Positions 21,996 through 24,000 of a stretch of DNA of 24,000 bases are shown here, piece after piece; position 1 is the stretch's first letter, and every line of letters begins with the position of its first letter. The position numbers and the translations under genes were made by a program. Origin of the DNA: Methylophaga sp. (GTDB taxonomy: Bacteria; Pseudomonadota; Gammaproteobacteria; Nitrosococcales; Methylophagaceae). The notes under the pieces were generated by a model. That model was not told the DNA's origin, made no database searches, and saw only the letters and a program-made list of their open reading frames with translations. The stretch is taken from assembly GCA_048259785.1 (NCBI GenBank), contig JBLXHJ010000005.1:1-24000 (forward strand), in the 5' to 3' direction.

Positions 21996-24000
21996 TACTC
22001 AACCCACCATGTCTCGCCAGTACGGTAAGATGAAGCCATATCATCAGCCATTTCGTTGAAATTTGAGGTCATATAGAGGTCATCTTTAGAGTCCGCTAAT
22101 GGCACTCGGATTTTCCATAGTTGACCACCTGCTGTGAGAATGAATGCTTGACCTTTTGGGAGTGCCATTATGGTTGCCGGTGATAGAAGGGGGGCTTCAG
22201 TGAACGTTATGCGGTCTTGAGCGCTTGATGTGAAATCGACCTCACTATCTAGATCTACTGAGTCTGCAGAGCCTGTCACTTCAGTTGCAGCAGCAACCTC
22301 GACCATTGGGAGCTGTTCCGTGAATAGCTCAGCTGTAGCTAGTTCTTTCACTCGGAATATAACTACCGTGCCAAAGTTACCAAGTGCTTGACCTGCTTTT
22401 GCTTGATCACCAAGCTTCACAATAACGTCAGACATGGTTTGTGTGTAAGCGGTGATTTGCAAGCCTGCGCCCCCGCCTTTGTTAAGCATTGGAAGAAACT
22501 CATCTCCCATTAATTCATTCACTTCATCAGCATGGATGTTTATTGGGGTTTTACTTCCAGATGATGTGTCCTGGTTGTGATATCCAAGTTCAGTTCCATG
22601 TTTATATATCTCACCTGCGGTAGAAACTAAGTCTGCAAACATTGTGTTACCAACGGTGCCGGCAATAGCCATATCTTGTAATGCATCCAGTCCGATATAC
22701 ACGACTTTCTTTTGTCTTATGACCTGCCCCCAACTAAATACTGGTCGATTATCGTCTGCGTCGTTATATGCAGGTGATATAAGCTCAGCAATACGTCCTG
22801 ATATAAGTTTTTCAAGCAATGGCAGACCACTTGCCACAATCTTGTCAAAATATGTTTTGTCGTATTCAAATGTAGAACGCAGTCCCATAGCTACAGCATC
22901 AAACATTTTTCTATCTTGAGCATATTTAATCATGGCGTTTGCTCTTTTGTTTTTCCCACGTAGACTCATAGGAAGCATCTTATCGTTCAAATTTGAAGCT
23001 ATTTCATTTACGTGTCTTGGCCAGTCAGGATCAGCCTCATTGTTTAACCAAACCTCGTAATAATCTATGAGTAGATCATCGATACTTTGAATATGCTGAG
23101 CTAATTGCGCATAGTCTGGTCGTCGCCCGAGTGCTACCAGTGCTTGAGCAATAATATTGGTGAAACGCCAGAAAAATTCACGGAATACGTTTGAGTTACC
23201 ACCACTGTCAAGTTGGTTTGCTGTTCTGGTAGCAACCTCTGTTACACGGCTAAAATGTCCTATGCCGTTATACCTAGCTGATATGTCTGGGAAGCCAAGA
23301 TGAAAGACAACTAAATCGTCTTCTCGACCTGATGCTTTACATTCAGCAATGATTCTTCGCATCAACTCTGCATCACCTTTTGGATCGAAGACTACTGTGA
23401 TGTCACCACGTCTTATATCTTGAGTAATCAGCACTTCAGCTGCACGAGTTTTACCTACACGGGTGGTACCCAGAACCAGTGTATGACCATTCCTTTCCGA
23501 AAGAAGTGAAACTACGGGTTCTTCCTCTCCCCCTACACCGTGGATCTGTGGCTCGCCCCCGATTGGAGGTAATGGTCGAACAGGATTAAATTTTGATTCA
23601 CTGTTGAGTAGTTCAGCGAGTTTAGATAGATAAGGTTGTGATTCCCATTCACGCTCTTTTCTTCTTGCGAGTCTGTAAAGTAGTCCAGGGTTAATATATT
23701 TGCTTGCAGCTGGCTCTCTTGTGTCCTTTAGACGCTGAGCATGTTTTTGCCCCCACCTAAAGCCTAGTCCATAGAACAAATATTTTTTACTAACTGGAAT
23801 ATCATTGGGTGCCATCTTGAATAGCGCTTGCCGGCGAAGCCCTTTTTGATACTTATAGAGTCGAACAAAATCTCTGAAATTACGAAAGGCATTATAGGTG
23901 AGGATGCCCCCTACTCCATAAGCAATAGATGGGGTCATCATAATAGACCACGGTGCGACATATGAAAGTACCGCACCTGTGGCAGATATCCCGGCAGACC
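21995..24000 (-). CDS. traD: TraD-like type IV coupling protein (PFGI-1/TOL class), 5' end outside the window
   Basis: Walker A is LVLGTTRVGKT. The frame stays open upstream of the track ATG at 23941 to the window edge (..SAGISATGAVLSYVAPWSI-MMTPS), so the N-terminal TM region continues beyond 24000. Confidence 0.9.
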   Translation of the reverse strand, partial: SAGISATGAVLSYVAPWSIMMTPSIAYGVGGILTYNAFRNFRDFVRLYKYQKGLRRQALFKMAPNDIPVSKKYLFYGLGFRWGQKHAQRLKDTREPAASKYINPGLLYRLARRKEREWESQPYLSKLAELLNSESKFNPVRPLPPIGGEPQIHGVGGEEEPVVSLLSERNGHTLVLGTTRVGKTRAAEVLITQDIRRGDITVVFDPKGDAELMRRIIAECKASGREDDLVVFHLGFPDISARYNGIGHFSRVTEVATRTANQLDSGGNSNVFREFFWRFTNIIAQALVALGRRPDYAQLAQHIQSIDDLLIDYYEVWLNNEADPDWPRHVNEIASNLNDKMLPMSLRGKNKRANAMIKYAQDRKMFDAVAMGLRSTFEYDKTYFDKIVASGLPLLEKLISGRIAELISPAYNDADDNRPVFSWGQVIRQKKVVYIGLDALQDMAIAGTVGNTMFADLVSTAGEIYKHGTELGYHNQDTSSGSKTPINIHADEVNELMGDEFLPMLNKGGGAGLQITAYTQTMSDVIVKLGDQAKAGQALGNFGTVVIFRVKELATAELFTEQLPMVEVAAATEVTGSADSVDLDSEVDFTSSAQDRITFTEAPLLSPATIMALPKGQAFILTAGGQLWKIRVPLADSKDDLYMTSNFNEMADDMASSYRTGETWWVE

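Larger units (their letters stand above)
1..24000. mobile_element. Segment of a conjugative element (ICE or conjugative plasmid) carrying an ICEHin1056/ICEclc/PAPI-1/pKLC102-type (MPF-G, PFGI-1 class) T4SS module plus maintenance genes
   Basis: The gene order is: TraD-like T4CP, membrane protein, RAQPRD-like, small TM proteins, lipoprotein, VirB4-like ATPase, DUF1525-like, TraU-like, TraG_N-like. A tyrosine recombinase, ParM/ParR and HigBA are also present. No element boundary (att site or tRNA) is seen in the window. Confidence 0.8.

Noticed and set aside
1117-22919. Track ORFs lying antisense to, or out of frame within, stronger genes: 1117-1335, 1430-1621, 2957-3181, 3109-3387, 3159-3377, 4697-4894, 5434-5655, 7479-7691, 8183-8368, 9019-9327, 10801-11022, 11415-11750, 12059-12334, 12878-13075, 14097-14291, 14137-14535, 17492-17686, 17494-17682, 18086-18295, 21256-21495, 22644-22919
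   Set aside because: Each is fully or largely embedded in a longer ORF that has clear motifs, signal peptides or translational coupling. Their translations are low-complexity (Ser/Leu/Cys/Phe-rich), typical of shadow frames.
1-24000. Search by eye for CRISPR arrays, tRNA/rRNA genes, IS elements with terminal inverted repeats, and known defence-system signatures
   Set aside because: I saw no regularly spaced repeat-spacer array, no cloverleaf-like tRNA candidate and no transposase-like ORF. I also saw no nuclease, helicase, methylase or reverse-transcriptase motifs outside the conjugation ATPases. Absence by visual inspection is not proof. tRNAscan, Infernal and a defence-system finder would settle it.

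Overview
This AT-rich window is a segment of a proteobacterial conjugative element, either an ICE or a conjugative plasmid. No database search was possible. All family names come from motifs, topology, gene size and gene order recalled from known families.

Transfer module (9465-24000, all minus strand): a nearly gapless train of 16 translationally coupled genes. It matches the order and architecture of the ICEHin1056/ICEclc/PAPI-1/pKLC102-type ('PFGI-1 class', MPF-G) type IV secretion module.
- A TraD-like coupling ATPase, whose 5' end runs off the window.
- A polytopic membrane protein, a RAQPRD-family protein and a pilin-like protein.
- Several bitopic or periplasmic proteins and a lipoprotein.
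- A 907-aa VirB4/TraC-like ATPase.
- DUF1525-like, TraU-like and TraG_N-like proteins.

Maintenance and accessory region (1-9464):
- A higBA toxin-antitoxin pair.
- A tyrosine recombinase coupled to a RepL-like winged-helix gene and an orphan gene.
- A 1.27-kb ORF-free region ending in an iteron cluster, followed by a ParM/ParR-like actin-type partition operon.
- A short divergent MobH/TraI_2-like protein.
- Orphan small membrane proteins, including a 35-aa ORF that is absent from the ORF track.

Observations most worth follow-up:
1. A 29-nt hairpin element with an 18-nt identical core occurs twice. Each copy lies about 60 nt upstream of a transfer-related gene start.
2. Two homologous structured leaders show compensatory base changes and mutually exclusive hairpin/terminator folds. 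Each abuts the ribosome-binding site of an orphan gene.
3. The MobH-like protein appears to lack the canonical metal-binding signature.
4. The long ORF-free region and its iterons could be parC, oriV or att.

No tRNA, rRNA, CRISPR array or IS element was recognised.
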